This document shows, one piece after another, positions 19,013 through 27,944 of a stretch of DNA of 64,000 bases. The stretch covers positions 13,559 through 77,558 of the forward strand of contig NZ_JAYSBK010000004.1 in assembly GCF_041915465.1 (NCBI RefSeq). Direction: 5' to 3'. The DNA is from Novosphingobium sp. (GTDB lineage: Bacteria > Pseudomonadota > Alphaproteobacteria > Sphingomonadales > Sphingomonadaceae). The translations under genes were made by a program, and so were the position numbers. The notes below the pieces were generated by a model. That model did not search any database. It had not been told where the DNA came from and saw only the letters and a program-made list of their open reading frames with translations. The first letter of the stretch is position 1; each line of letters opens with the position of its first letter.

Positions 19013-20053
19013 ATGCCCTTTGTCCAGAACGCCTGGTACGTGGCCGGCTGGAGCAACGAGGTCGGCAAGGAAGCACCCTGGGGGCGTGTGATCGCTGGTC
19101 GGCCGATTGTCTTCTATCGTGGCGAGGACGGTTCCGTGGTCGCATTGGAGGACCGCTGCAGCCACCGCTGCGCGCCGCTGTCGAAGGGGCGCGTGGAAGG
19201 CGACGCGGTACGCTGCTGGTATCACGGGCTGCTCTTCGGGAACAACGGAGCCTGTCTCGAAATGCCGGGGCAGGACCGGGTGCCGTCGGGCTTCGGGATT
19301 CACGCCTATCCGGCCGTCGAGAAAGAAGGCTGGATATGGGTCTGGCTTGGCAGTGCCGCAGCGGCCGACGAGGCGCTGATTCCCGCCTGCGGCCTGGATG
19401 AGGGCGGGATCGACTATCGGACCGGTCATCTCGACTACGCGGCGAACTACGAACTCATCAACGACAATCTGTGCGACCTCTCGCACGTCGCTTACGTGCA
19501 CGAGCAGACGTTGGCCCGCGATGCGACGGACTGGGTGCAGCGCGAAGCGACCTACACCAACATCGACAATGGCGTGGGCGTGGCCCGGTGGATTCCCGGC
19601 TCGCAGCCGCTGCCATTGCCCGGACTGCCCGAACGGGTCGACATCCGGTCGAGCTATTCGTTCTACGTTCCCGGCGCGATGTCGCTGCTCATCGCCTACT
19701 ATCCGGTCGGCACTGCCGCCGCTGTGGAATACGGCGAGCCGCACGATGCGCCGCTGTTCGCGCTGCGCAACGTTCATGGTATCACGCCGACCGACGAGAA
19801 GTCGTCGCGCTATCATTTCGGGGTGTCGCTGCCGGTCAATCCCTGTCCGCCCGAAGCGCTCGATGCGGCGATCGCGATGGTCACCTTTGCCTTTGGCGAG
19901 GACAAGCAGACGATCGAGGACCAGCAGCGCGCGCTTGACCTGTTTCCCGACGTGGTCCTGCGCAACACGGTTCACGATACCGCGCTCATGCGCATTCGCC
20001 GGCTGATTGCCAACCAGATCAAACGGGAGACGACGATATCGTCGGAAGTCTGA
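19013..20053 (+). CDS. Rieske non-heme iron monooxygenase, VanA/TsaM/DdmC-like (O-demethylase or methyl hydroxylase)
   Basis: Rieske CSH-x16-CWYH and mononuclear iron DNLCDLSHVAYVH; no beta subunit gene adjacent. Confidence 0.88.
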   Translation: MPFVQNAWYVAGWSNEVGKEAPWGRVIAGRPIVFYRGEDGSVVALEDRCSHRCAPLSKGRVEGDAVRCWYHGLLFGNNGACLEMPGQDRVPSGFGIHAYPAVEKEGWIWVWLGSAAAADEALIPACGLDEGGIDYRTGHLDYAANYELINDNLCDLSHVAYVHEQTLARDATDWVQREATYTNIDNGVGVARWIPGSQPLPLPGLPERVDIRSSYSFYVPGAMSLLIAYYPVGTAAAVEYGEPHDAPLFALRNVHGITPTDEKSSRYHFGVSLPVNPCPPEALDAAIAMVTFAFGEDKQTIEDQQRALDLFPDVVLRNTVHDTALMRIRRLIANQIKRETTISSEV

Positions 20054-20095
20054 CTGGGGCTGCGGCGATACGGGTTCTCGACTTTATTCGTCAAT

Positions 20096-20116
20096 ATAGA
20101 CAGGCAGCATGATCAT
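20096..20116. promoter_or_regulatory. Operator copy upstream of the TonB-dependent receptor
   Basis: ATAGACAGGCAGCATGATCAT; the minus strand continues TCTATATTGAC, as at 14559-14569. Confidence 0.55.
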
Positions 20117-20196
20117 CTGGCTATCTTCCAGAATTGGCGGGAGCCGCGATCGGAACGAAGCAGACATTCCAAGCAAGTGACATTGGGGAGGAAAAC

Positions 20197-22602
20197 GTGG
20201 GAAAGTCGATAACAAGTAAGGCATCTTTGACCACCATTGCGATCGCCCTGCTGGCGTGCACGGGGACACCCGCTTTTGCAGAACGGGCCGATGACCAGGC
20301 GCCCGTCGATCAGGGTGATCAGAAGATCGAGGAGATCGTCGTGACGGCGCAGCACCGAACGGAGTCTCTGCAGAAGAGTTCGGTCGACCTCGACGTGCTT
20401 TCCTCTCGGGATCTTGACCGGGCCGGCATTTCCAGTCCCGATGACCTGACGCGTATTGCGCCGACGCTGACCATCGGCACTGCGGCGGTGTCGCCGCAGA
20501 TCTATGTGCGCGGCGTCGGCGATTTCGCGGCTACGCAGGTCAACAACCCGGCGATCGCGGTCAACGTCGACGGTGTCTATGTCGCGCGCACGGCGTCGCT
20601 CTCGACGCAGATGTACGATCTTGAGCGCGTCGAGGTGCTCAAGGGGCCGCAGGGCACGCTCTATGGGCGCAATGCATCCGGCGGCGCCGTCAACCTCATC
20701 ACGCGCGGACCCAGGCTGGGCGTTTTCGAAGGCGACGCGAGCGTCGAGATCGGCAATCTCAACGCGCTCAACCTGACGGCCGCGATCAATATCCCGATTT
20801 CCAGCGACCTTGCGGTGCGCATTGCCGGCAATCATGTACGCCGGGACGGCTACACGTCGGTGGGTCGCGGTGACGCGCAAACCGACGGCGCGCGCGTGCG
20901 CGTGCTGTGGGAGCCGTCGTCGTCGGTGTCGCTGACGGTCAACGGCAGCTATGGCCATGTCGGCGGGCGCGGCCCGGGCAGCGTGATCATCAACGGCCCG
21001 CAGGGACTCGATCCCTATACCGACAACACCAGCCCGGCGGGCATCGCCTATGTCGATTCCAAGGTCTATGTCGGTTCGGGCGTGGACCTGCGCCCGCTGG
21101 TGACCTCGCCGAATTCCGACGACGCCTTCACCGACATGACCTTCTGGACCGCGTCCGCGAAACTTGTCGCGAACCTTGGTTTCGCCGACCTGACGATCAT
21201 CCCGTCGTACCAGAACATGTCGGCGAGTTCGTTTGCCTATCCCTTCCTGAAGGTCGGTTTTGGCGCTGGCTTCGGCAGTTTCCCGGCAAAACCGGAGACG
21301 TCTGATGCCTATACGCTCGAGGTTCGCCTGTCGCGCGATACCGATCACCTGAAGTGGGTCGTCGGCGGCTATTTCTATGACGAGACCCAGCACCTCCAGT
21401 ATACCGCGAACGCCGGTCTGCTGCAGAACACGGGCCGCCTGGCGAATTTCGCCACGCGCGCCTACGCGGTCTTCGGCCAGACCACCGTCAGCCTCACCGA
21501 CACGCTGCGCCTGATCGGGGGCCTGCGCTACACGACCGACCGGCGCGAGATGACGGACGGTGCGACCTATTTCCTCAATCCGTCCTATCTCGGCCTGATT
21601 CCGCTGGATCCGACGCAGCCGGTGGGCCCCACCAATCCGCTCGTCCCGAACATCTTCGCCAGCCCGGATCCGAATGCGACGATCCTTGCAGAGACCTATT
21701 CGGGGAAGAAGACCTTCAACAATACCTCGTGGAAGGTCGGCGTCGAGTTCGACGCCGCGCCGGAAGTGATGCTGTTCGCAACCGCGAGTTCGGGTTTCAA
21801 GGCGGGCGGCTTCAATACCCAGCAGAAGCTCGGTGCGCCCGCCGGCAGCGACGAAGCCTCCTATTTCGAACCGGAAAAGCTCTATTCCTACGATTTCGGG
21901 TTCAGGAGCCGAATGTTCGGGGATCACCTTCAGGTCAATGGCGGCATCTACTACTGGAACTACAAGAACCAGCAGTTCAACCTGTTCGCCATCGGCAACC
22001 GGGGCAACCTGAGCGTGATTTTCGCCAATGCGCAGAAATCGCGCATGTATGGCGCCTACATCGATGTGGAAGCGCACCCGTGGCGCAACGGCGCTTTCAA
22101 TTTCAGCGTTGAGTACGACAACGCCAAGTACCTTCAGTTCACCTACCAGACCGCGCAGTTGCTGCCGGGCGCCACGGGCTGCGTCGCGGCGCCGGCCCAG
22201 CCGGTCGTGATCGGCCCTTCGGGACCGATCATGGCGGTCGACTGCACGGGCAAGCCGGTTCCGCGGGCACCGCGCTGGGCCGGAGCCGCCGGCTACACGC
22301 ACACGCTCGACCTGGCCACCGGCGGCTCGGTCGCGCTGCACGGGGACATGACGTTCGCGTCCGCGCGGGAGCTGACGACCGACTTCATCGCGGCCTCGCG
22401 TGTCGGCGGCTATGCGCTGTTCAACGCGAACGTCAGTTATACCAGTCCCGACGGACATTTCTCGTTGATGGCCTTCGTGCGCAACATCACCGACCAGGCG
22501 CTTTACAACGACGGTGCGGAGCCCAACTATGCGCCGGGCGTCGTCATCGGTTCGATCGGACTGCCGCGCACCTACGGCGCGCGGTTGAGCGTGAAGTTCT
22601 AG
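20197..22602 (+). CDS. TonB-dependent outer membrane receptor
   Basis: Signal peptide, EEIVVTAQ TonB-box region, ERVEVLKGPQGTLYGRNASGG plug, terminal PRTYGARLSVKF. Confidence 0.95.
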   Translation: MGKSITSKASLTTIAIALLACTGTPAFAERADDQAPVDQGDQKIEEIVVTAQHRTESLQKSSVDLDVLSSRDLDRAGISSPDDLTRIAPTLTIGTAAVSPQIYVRGVGDFAATQVNNPAIAVNVDGVYVARTASLSTQMYDLERVEVLKGPQGTLYGRNASGGAVNLITRGPRLGVFEGDASVEIGNLNALNLTAAINIPISSDLAVRIAGNHVRRDGYTSVGRGDAQTDGARVRVLWEPSSSVSLTVNGSYGHVGGRGPGSVIINGPQGLDPYTDNTSPAGIAYVDSKVYVGSGVDLRPLVTSPNSDDAFTDMTFWTASAKLVANLGFADLTIIPSYQNMSASSFAYPFLKVGFGAGFGSFPAKPETSDAYTLEVRLSRDTDHLKWVVGGYFYDETQHLQYTANAGLLQNTGRLANFATRAYAVFGQTTVSLTDTLRLIGGLRYTTDRREMTDGATYFLNPSYLGLIPLDPTQPVGPTNPLVPNIFASPDPNATILAETYSGKKTFNNTSWKVGVEFDAAPEVMLFATASSGFKAGGFNTQQKLGAPAGSDEASYFEPEKLYSYDFGFRSRMFGDHLQVNGGIYYWNYKNQQFNLFAIGNRGNLSVIFANAQKSRMYGAYIDVEAHPWRNGAFNFSVEYDNAKYLQFTYQTAQLLPGATGCVAAPAQPVVIGPSGPIMAVDCTGKPVPRAPRWAGAAGYTHTLDLATGGSVALHGDMTFASARELTTDFIAASRVGGYALFNANVSYTSPDGHFSLMAFVRNITDQALYNDGAEPNYAPGVVIGSIGLPRTYGARLSVKF

Positions 22603-22726
22603 ATGGCGTGTCTATGACGGCACGCTTGTCCGGGGCAAATTGCGCAAGCGGGTGTCCCAGGTTGACCAAAAGCCTGGGACAACGCAGTCTGGCGCTCGTT
22701 CGCATTCAGCTAATGATCATGATGTA

Positions 22727-23215
22727 ATGAGCAAGACGGAAAAACCAGCCACTCCAGCCCTTTCGGTCGGCGATCTGGCATGGCGTCATCGCAGTATGGC
22801 GCGCCTGATGAACCTGGCCGTCCAGCGCCAGCAGGAGCGCGTGATCGCGCTGATGGTCAGCGCGGGTTACACCAAGATGCGGCTTGCCCACGTCAACCTG
22901 ACGCGCAACCTCGATCTGGAAGGGAACACGATCACCGAACTGGCGTTGCGCGCGGCGATGACCAAGCAGGCGATGGGCGAACTGGTCGATCAGTGCGAGA
23001 AGATCAGGATCGTCGAACGGACGGCCGATCCTAAGGATCGGCGCGTCTGGATCGTCAAGTTCACCGATCGCGGCCTTGACTGGCTGAACGAGCTCAAGAA
23101 GGCGGTCGACCGAGTCGAGGCCGAAATGGTCGGCGTCGTCGGCGCGGAGGACTTCCACACGATCGCCGCAGCGCTGATGACCTACAATCGCACCGAGCTT
23201 CCGCCGATCGAATAG
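22727..23215 (+). CDS. MarR family transcriptional regulator
   Basis: ITELALRAAMTKQAMGELVDQCE..VER.ADPKDRR winged-helix motif. Confidence 0.9.
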   Translation: MSKTEKPATPALSVGDLAWRHRSMARLMNLAVQRQQERVIALMVSAGYTKMRLAHVNLTRNLDLEGNTITELALRAAMTKQAMGELVDQCEKIRIVERTADPKDRRVWIVKFTDRGLDWLNELKKAVDRVEAEMVGVVGAEDFHTIAAALMTYNRTELPPIE

Positions 23216-23324
23216 CGACGGCACGGATGTGAGGCATTGCCAACGTCGCGACCGGACCCGCAGGCGGCTCGCCTGCACCGATCCGGTCGCGACGCCGCTT
23301 TCCGCTTCAGTCCCCGCTTTCGCT

Positions 23325-24425
23325 TCAGTCCATGCGCAGGACGGGCTTGACCGCCGTGCCCTTCTCGGCATCGGCGATCGCATCGTTGATCGCCGCGAAG
23401 GAATAGTAGCTGATCAGCCGGTCGAACGGGAATCGGCCTTCGCGCCACAGGCCGATCAGGCGGGGAATGAGCTGCTGTGGATCAGCGCTGCCTTCGACGA
23501 TGCCCATGACCGCGCGCCCGCCCGACATCAGATAGGTCGTATCGAGATCGAGCTTGCTGCCCGGCGGCATCGCTCCGATCAGGCCGCACTTGCCGCGCGG
23601 TGCAAGTGCCGCGACCGCCGTGTGAATCACCCCGAGATTGCCGGTCGTGTCGAGCACGTAGTCGACGCCGACGGGCGAGATCGCGTTGATCGCTTCGAGC
23701 ACGTCCGACGTGCCGGCATTGATGGTGTGCGTCGCGCCAAGGCTGGTGGCCAGCTCCAGGCGATCCGCGTTGAGGTCCACGGCCATGATCGCCGCCGCGC
23801 CCACGACCCTGGCGGCCATGATCGCGCTGAGACCGACCGCGCCGACCCCGAACACCGCGATCGAACGCCCTGCGCGCAATTCGAGGCTGTTGAACACCGA
23901 TCCGGCGCCGGTCAGCACGCCGCAACCCAGCGGGCCGAGCATGTGAAGGTCGAGATCCTTGTCGACCTTCACGACGTTGCGTTCGTTGCACAACGCGTGG
24001 GTCGCGAACGACGACTGGCCGAAGATGTTACCGTGCACCGGACCAGAGGCACCCGAAAGCGGCGTCGAGCCGTCGAGCCGCGCTCCAAGGATGTTGAGCG
24101 GAAAGAAGGCGTGGCAATAGCTCGGCGCGCCATCGACGCAGGCGGGACAGCGCCCGCAGCTATTGAACGACATGACCACGTGATCACCCGGTTCGACCGA
24201 CGTCACCGCCGCGCCGACTCGCTCGACGATGCCGGCGCCTTCGTGGCCGAGGACGGCGGGATGTGGCGTAGGCAGGGCATGGTCGCGCATCACCACGTCG
24301 GTGTGGCAGATGCCGGTGCCGACCACGCGCACGAGGATCTCGTCCGCGCGGGGGTCCTCCAGCTCAAGCTCCTCGATGTCCATCGGCGCGTGTGCCGCAT
24401 GCGTGACGGCAGCCTGAATTTTCAT
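23325..24425 (-). CDS. Zn/NAD-dependent aryl-alcohol dehydrogenase (XylB-like)
   Basis: GICHTD, LGHEGAG, structural CGRCPAC..C, PLGCGVLTGAG, GVGAVG and AVKPVL motifs. Confidence 0.9.
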   Translation of the reverse strand: MKIQAAVTHAAHAPMDIEELELEDPRADEILVRVVGTGICHTDVVMRDHALPTPHPAVLGHEGAGIVERVGAAVTSVEPGDHVVMSFNSCGRCPACVDGAPSYCHAFFPLNILGARLDGSTPLSGASGPVHGNIFGQSSFATHALCNERNVVKVDKDLDLHMLGPLGCGVLTGAGSVFNSLELRAGRSIAVFGVGAVGLSAIMAARVVGAAAIMAVDLNADRLELATSLGATHTINAGTSDVLEAINAISPVGVDYVLDTTGNLGVIHTAVAALAPRGKCGLIGAMPPGSKLDLDTTYLMSGGRAVMGIVEGSADPQQLIPRLIGLWREGRFPFDRLISYYSFAAINDAIADAEKGTAVKPVLRMD

Positions 24426-24494
24426 AGCCTTGAGCCTCTTCCAAGTATCCTGGGGAACTGTCGTGTCGGGACCGGACGCCCGCCCGCCTTGTGG

Positions 24495-24848
24495 TCAGCC
24501 GTCCGGCCGGCCCGCGGATCCATCAGGCGAGGCGATGGTAATCCATCCATCCTCGATCTCGACCGGGTAGGTGCGCACGGGCGTCTGGCAGGGAAACACC
24601 ATCGCTTCGCCGGTACGGATATTGAACGCGCCGCCGTGGAACGGGCACTCGATCTGGCCGCCGTCCTGAAAACCCTCGCTCAGCAATCCGTTGCCGTGGG
24701 TGCATTGGTTGTCGGTCACGAAATAGTCGCCGTCGATCTCGTAAACCGCCAGCGACGGAAAACCGTCGAGGTCGATCGCGACGGGCGCGCCTTCCTCCAC
24801 GTCGGTTGCCGGGCAGAGCCGGACACGATCTGCGGTCGAATTGTGCAA
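24495..24848 (-). CDS. Rieske [2Fe-2S] ferredoxin
   Basis: CTHG..IECPFHGGAF motif. Confidence 0.93.
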   Translation of the reverse strand: MHNSTADRVRLCPATDVEEGAPVAIDLDGFPSLAVYEIDGDYFVTDNQCTHGNGLLSEGFQDGGQIECPFHGGAFNIRTGEAMVFPCQTPVRTYPVEIEDGWITIASPDGSAGRPDG

Positions 24849-24928
24849 ATGCAGGCCTCTGTCTCGCCATGGGCCGGCCTTGCTGGCCGATGCCCTTCGG
24901 AACGAGCAATGATGGACTCGGAAATTTT

Positions 24929-24971
24929 TGTCAAGCCGTAGGATAGTCAGGCAACCTTTCTATACTTGACA
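24929..24971. promoter_or_regulatory. Divergent promoters sharing one operator
   Basis: TTGACA on the minus strand (24929-24934) and plus strand (24966-24971) flank ATAGTCAGGCAACCTTTCTAT (24943-24963). Confidence 0.65.
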
Positions 24972-25068
24972 TAGCTTCAGCGCCTTGGCAGGTTTCGGTT
25001 CGGATCGGGGAAAGCCCCGGCGTTGGCCGGGCCTGTCGTCGGCCGTCAAGGTTGAGGAGATGGAGCAG

Positions 25069-26457
25069 GTGAGCGCTGATATGAATGGCCGGTCCGGTCC
25101 GCTTGACCGGATCAGGGACGGGCTGGACGCCTGGCTGCTGAAGGACGAGGCATCGGGCCGCTATCGGCTCGATCGCGAAGTCTTTACCGACCCGGACCTG
25201 TTCGAGCTCGAGATGAAATACATCTTCGAGCGCAACTGGGTCTTTGTCGCGCACGAGAGCCAGCTTCCCCATACCAATGACTTCCTGGCGACCTATGTCG
25301 GCCGGCAGGCGGTGTTGCTGACGCGCGACCGGCAGGGCAAGCTCGGCTGCTTCATCAATGCCTGTGCGCATCGCGGCGCGCGCGTCTGTCGCCAGCGTCG
25401 CGGCAACAGCCGCAACTTCACCTGTCCATTCCATGGCTGGACCTACGGTAGCAACGGCGCGCTGCTCGACGTGACGGACGAGGCGGAAGGCGGTTACGCT
25501 CAAGGGTTCGACCGCAAGGATCTGGGGCTCGAACCGGTGGCGCGGCTGGAATCCTATCGCGGCTTCCTTTTCGCCAGCCTTTCGCCCGATGTGCCGCCGC
25601 TCACCGATTATCTCGCGGGGGCGACGACATTCATCGACCTGCTGATTGACCAATCCCCGACCGGCGAGCTGGAAGTGCTGCGCGGTTCCACGCGCTATAC
25701 CTACAACGGGAACTGGAAACTGCAGGCCGAGAACGGGCTCGATGGCTATCACGTGGGCTCAGTTCACGGCAACTACGTGATGACGGTGATGCGCCGGGTC
25801 AGCGGCGATTCGTCGAATGACACGCGCACATTCGACTTCACCAAGGTGCCGCAGGCAGAAGGCGGCTTCTTCTCCTTCGACCATGGCCATGCGGTGCTGT
25901 GGGTCGACTATGCCAATTACCGCGACCGGCCGAATTTCGAGCTGCTCGAGGTGCTGCGCGAAAAGCGGGGCGAGCAGAAGGCGAAGTGGATGACCGAGCG
26001 GCTGCGCAACCTGCTGCTGTTCCCCAACCTGTTCCTCATGGACCAGACCAGCACGCAGTTGCGCATCATCCGGCCGATCTCGGTCGACGAGACCGAAGTG
26101 ACGACCTATTGCATCGCGCCGGTCGGCGAGAGCGCCAGGGCGCGGGCAATCCGCATCCGCCAGTACGAGGATTTCTTCAACGCCAGCGGCATGGCGACGC
26201 CGGACGATCTGGCCGAGTTCAACAACTGCCAGATCGGCTTCGGCCGTGGCGGGGGGCGTTACAACGACATGTCGCGCGGTGCTGTGCGCTGGGTGCAGGG
26301 GGCGGGCAAGTATGGCGCGGACCTGAACGTCAACGCGGTGATGAGCAGTTCGGCGCCGGCGGACGAGGGCCTCTACATCTCGATCCACGACGACTGGGCG
26401 AACCGGATGAAGGCCGCCGTCGACCGGGAAATGCTCGACCGGGAGGACGCGGAATGA
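25069..26457 (+). CDS. Ring-hydroxylating dioxygenase alpha subunit, benzoate/toluate/anthranilate 1,2-type (BenA/XylX-like)
   Basis: NACAHRG..TCPFHGW Rieske site, NWKLQAENGLDGYHVGSVH, IRQYEDFFNASGMATPDDLAEF; start uncertain (25060, 25069 or 25081). Confidence 0.92.
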   Translation: MSADMNGRSGPLDRIRDGLDAWLLKDEASGRYRLDREVFTDPDLFELEMKYIFERNWVFVAHESQLPHTNDFLATYVGRQAVLLTRDRQGKLGCFINACAHRGARVCRQRRGNSRNFTCPFHGWTYGSNGALLDVTDEAEGGYAQGFDRKDLGLEPVARLESYRGFLFASLSPDVPPLTDYLAGATTFIDLLIDQSPTGELEVLRGSTRYTYNGNWKLQAENGLDGYHVGSVHGNYVMTVMRRVSGDSSNDTRTFDFTKVPQAEGGFFSFDHGHAVLWVDYANYRDRPNFELLEVLREKRGEQKAKWMTERLRNLLLFPNLFLMDQTSTQLRIIRPISVDETEVTTYCIAPVGESARARAIRIRQYEDFFNASGMATPDDLAEFNNCQIGFGRGGGRYNDMSRGAVRWVQGAGKYGADLNVNAVMSSSAPADEGLYISIHDDWANRMKAAVDREMLDREDAE

Positions 26458-26948
26458 GTGTCGACGATGCCGGCTGGTTGTCGGTGCAGCGGTTTCTGGC
26501 GCGCGAGGCGCTGGCGCTCGATGACAAGGACTGGGACGCCTGGCTGGCGCTCTACCTGCCCGAAGCGGAATACTGGGTGCCCGCCTGGGACGATCTCGGT
26601 GGGCTCACCACCGATCCGCAGACCGAGATCTCGCTCATCTACTACCCCAATCGCGGCGGCCTGGAAGATCGGGTCTTCCGCATCCGCACCGGCCGGTCTT
26701 CCGCGACCATGCCGCTGATGCGGACCTGCCACACGTTCACTCTGCTCGATGTCGAACAGCGTGACGGTGGGGTGCGCGCCCGGACGTCATGGACCGTGCA
26801 GTCGTTCCGCGAGACGGACACGCTCACCTACTTCGGGCATGCGGATTATGATCTGGCGAAGCACGACGAGGGATGGCGGATTGCGCGCAAGAAGACGATC
26901 GTCCTCAACGACATCGCCCGCTCGCTGCTCGACATCTACAGCATCTAG
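26454..26948 (+). CDS. Ring-hydroxylating dioxygenase beta subunit (BenB/XylY-like)
   Basis: EYWVPAWDD..TDPQTEISLIYYPNRGGLEDRVFRIRTGRSSAT motif. Confidence 0.92.
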   Translation: MSVDDAGWLSVQRFLAREALALDDKDWDAWLALYLPEAEYWVPAWDDLGGLTTDPQTEISLIYYPNRGGLEDRVFRIRTGRSSATMPLMRTCHTFTLLDVEQRDGGVRARTSWTVQSFRETDTLTYFGHADYDLAKHDEGWRIARKKTIVLNDIARSLLDIYSI

Positions 26949-26957
26949 GCGGCTGGC

Positions 26958-27944
26958 ATGATGGACCCGCATCGTCCGGTCGTGGGGACGGTCATCGGCG
27001 ATCCCGCCGGTATCGGGCCGGAAGTCGTCGCCATGGCGCTGACCAGCGGCCGCGTGCACGCCTGCTCGGTCCCGCTGCTGATCGGAAGCGCCGCCGCGAT
27101 GGAGCGCGCGGTCATGGCGACCGGCGGCACTGCGCGGGTCCGCGCGATGCGCAGCGTCGAGCCGCTGAGCGACGATCCCGCGATCATCGACATCCTCGAT
27201 ACCGGCGCGCTGCCGGACGATGATCTGCCGCTGGGCGAAGACACCGCGCGTGGTGGCGAGGCGACGGCGCAGTGGCTCGACGAGATGGACCGGCTAGCGC
27301 GCGACGGGACCATCGCGGCCACCGTGCTTGCCCCTATCAGTACCGGATCGCTCAAGCAGGTCGGCAAGCTTTCCAAGGTCATCAGTCCGGCGCCGGGCGA
27401 GACCTATCTGGTGCTCGTCACCGGGCCGTTGCGTGTCGCGCACCTGACCGACCACATGCCGCTGCGGCAGGTCTGCGAGATCATCACCCCCGACCTGATC
27501 CTGCGCGCGTTGCGTGCGCTTGATGCGGCGATGCGCGGTTGGGGACTACCACGGCGACGAATCGCGGTTGCGGGACTCAATCCACACGCCGCGGGCAGCG
27601 AGGAGCTTGACGGCATTGCGCCCGGCATCGAACGCGCGCGCGCCGAGGGGATCGACGCCATTGGCCCGGAGAGCCCCGACGCGGTGTTCCGCCAGTGCAT
27701 CGAGGGCCGGTATGACATGGTGCTCGCGATGTATCACGACCAGGGACACATCGCGGTCAAGACTTGGGGCTTTTCCGGCAACAGCGTGATCATGGTCGGC
27801 GCGCCCTACATCCATGTCTCCGTCGCGCACGGCACCGCCTACGACATCGTCGGAACGGGCAAGGCCGATCCGGCGATGATGCTCAATGCGATGCGCATCG
27901 GCGGCACGCTCGCGAGCGGCGCGGGCTTCCCGGACGATGTCTGA
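26958..27944 (+). CDS. PdxA-family dehydrogenase; candidate decarboxylating cis-dihydrodiol dehydrogenase (TphB-like)
   Basis: GDPAGIGPEV, VAGLNPHA, MYHDQGHI and SVAHGTAYDIVG motifs; co-transcribed with the dioxygenase genes. Confidence 0.8.
   Translation: MMDPHRPVVGTVIGDPAGIGPEVVAMALTSGRVHACSVPLLIGSAAAMERAVMATGGTARVRAMRSVEPLSDDPAIIDILDTGALPDDDLPLGEDTARGGEATAQWLDEMDRLARDGTIAATVLAPISTGSLKQVGKLSKVISPAPGETYLVLVTGPLRVAHLTDHMPLRQVCEIITPDLILRALRALDAAMRGWGLPRRRIAVAGLNPHAAGSEELDGIAPGIERARAEGIDAIGPESPDAVFRQCIEGRYDMVLAMYHDQGHIAVKTWGFSGNSVIMVGAPYIHVSVAHGTAYDIVGTGKADPAMMLNAMRIGGTLASGAGFPDDV

Noticed and set aside
11601-24941. Long antisense or alternative-frame ORFs (for example 11601-12815, 16372-17877, 17548-19401, 18257-19975, 20113-22458, 23229-24941)
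   Set aside because: They shadow well-supported genes, are Arg/Pro/Ala-rich and motif-free, as expected in high-GC coding DNA.
25069-26948. Naphthalene/PAH dioxygenase (NahAc/PhnAc) or salicylate 5-hydroxylase (NagGH)
   Set aside because: Alpha and beta motifs (IRQYEDFFNASGMATPDD; EYWVPAWDD..EISLIYY) are those of the BenAB/XylXY clade.
26958-27944. Annotation as vitamin B6 biosynthesis gene pdxA
   Set aside because: Operon position between dioxygenase beta subunit and reductase favours a TphB-like catabolic role; symbol withheld.
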